DNA of 64,000 nucleotides. Source: a virus (lineage: Duplodnaviria; Caudoviricetes). Positions 63,863-64,000 of this stretch are shown here, in pieces (position 1 is the first letter of the stretch; the number at the start of each line of letters is the position of its first letter). The position numbers and the translations under genes were made by a program. Location: the IMG/VR virus record IMGVR_UViG_3300020577_012633, positions 1-64,000 of that record. One strand, 5' to 3'. The notes beneath the pieces were generated by a model that saw nothing but the letters and a program-made list of their open reading frames with translations, was not told the DNA's origin and did no database searches.

Positions 63863-64000
63863 TAGGATCTCATCCTTAGTCCTTCAACAGCCCATTTTCC
63901 ACTAACAAACTGTGGATTTAATATTTCATGTTTCAAACCAATCGTAACGATACTACAATTCCCAGGAGTATCAATTGAGTCAAATTGCTCAACTGACAAA

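Noticed and set aside
1-64000. Cellular chromosome origin
   Set aside because: Housekeeping genes are isolated among many short unknown ORFs and homing endonucleases, with no normal operons. Virion genes are not in this window, so phage identity remains an inference.
1-64000. Alternative genetic code (stop-codon reassignment)
   Set aside because: Conserved genes are full length under code 11, and TAA, TAG and TGA all end genes at expected positions.

Overview
This 64-kb window looks like part of a large (jumbo/huge) phage genome. It is AT-rich and densely packed with short, mostly minus-strand ORFs. It has scattered host-like genes, CCA-less tRNAs and free-standing homing endonucleases, but no rRNA or ribosomal-protein operons and no virion genes. 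A Planctomycetota host is suggested by a ClpC-type N-terminus (MYERFTDRARKVM) and an IPxPG-type PEP-CTERM-like tail. The window is dominated by counter-defence and host-takeover functions. RNA repair is represented by RtcB, two ATP-dependent RNA-ligase-like genes, PNKP and Ro60/TROVE. Translation support comes from TilS, LysRS, EF-Ts, tRNA-Arg and three tRNA-Glu. NAD+/PRPP metabolism is represented by NAMPT, Prs, CinA-like and NTase-like genes and NADAR. There is also a Tad1-like signal sponge, gyrase A/B, UvsE, a PspA/ESCRT-III membrane module and Clp N-domain fusions. The most striking unannotated feature is the ~750-nt non-coding block upstream of Ro60 (33441-34233). It holds a tandem array of Y-RNA-like hairpins sharing a GUCGA...(G/A)UUA motif, a 262-nt multi-branched RNA, and a full tRNA scaffold with the Y-RNA-like stem inserted between its D and anticodon arms, the opposite permutation to canonical YrlA. 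The Ro60 gene has also been invaded by a LAGLIDADG cassette that left a duplicate Ro60 3' end downstream. Two recurrent, orientation-consistent upstream motifs (AAATC-N4-CTAGACTT and GCCGATA) suggest phage regulons. All family calls come from motif recognition and all RNA structures were folded by eye; no database searches were run.
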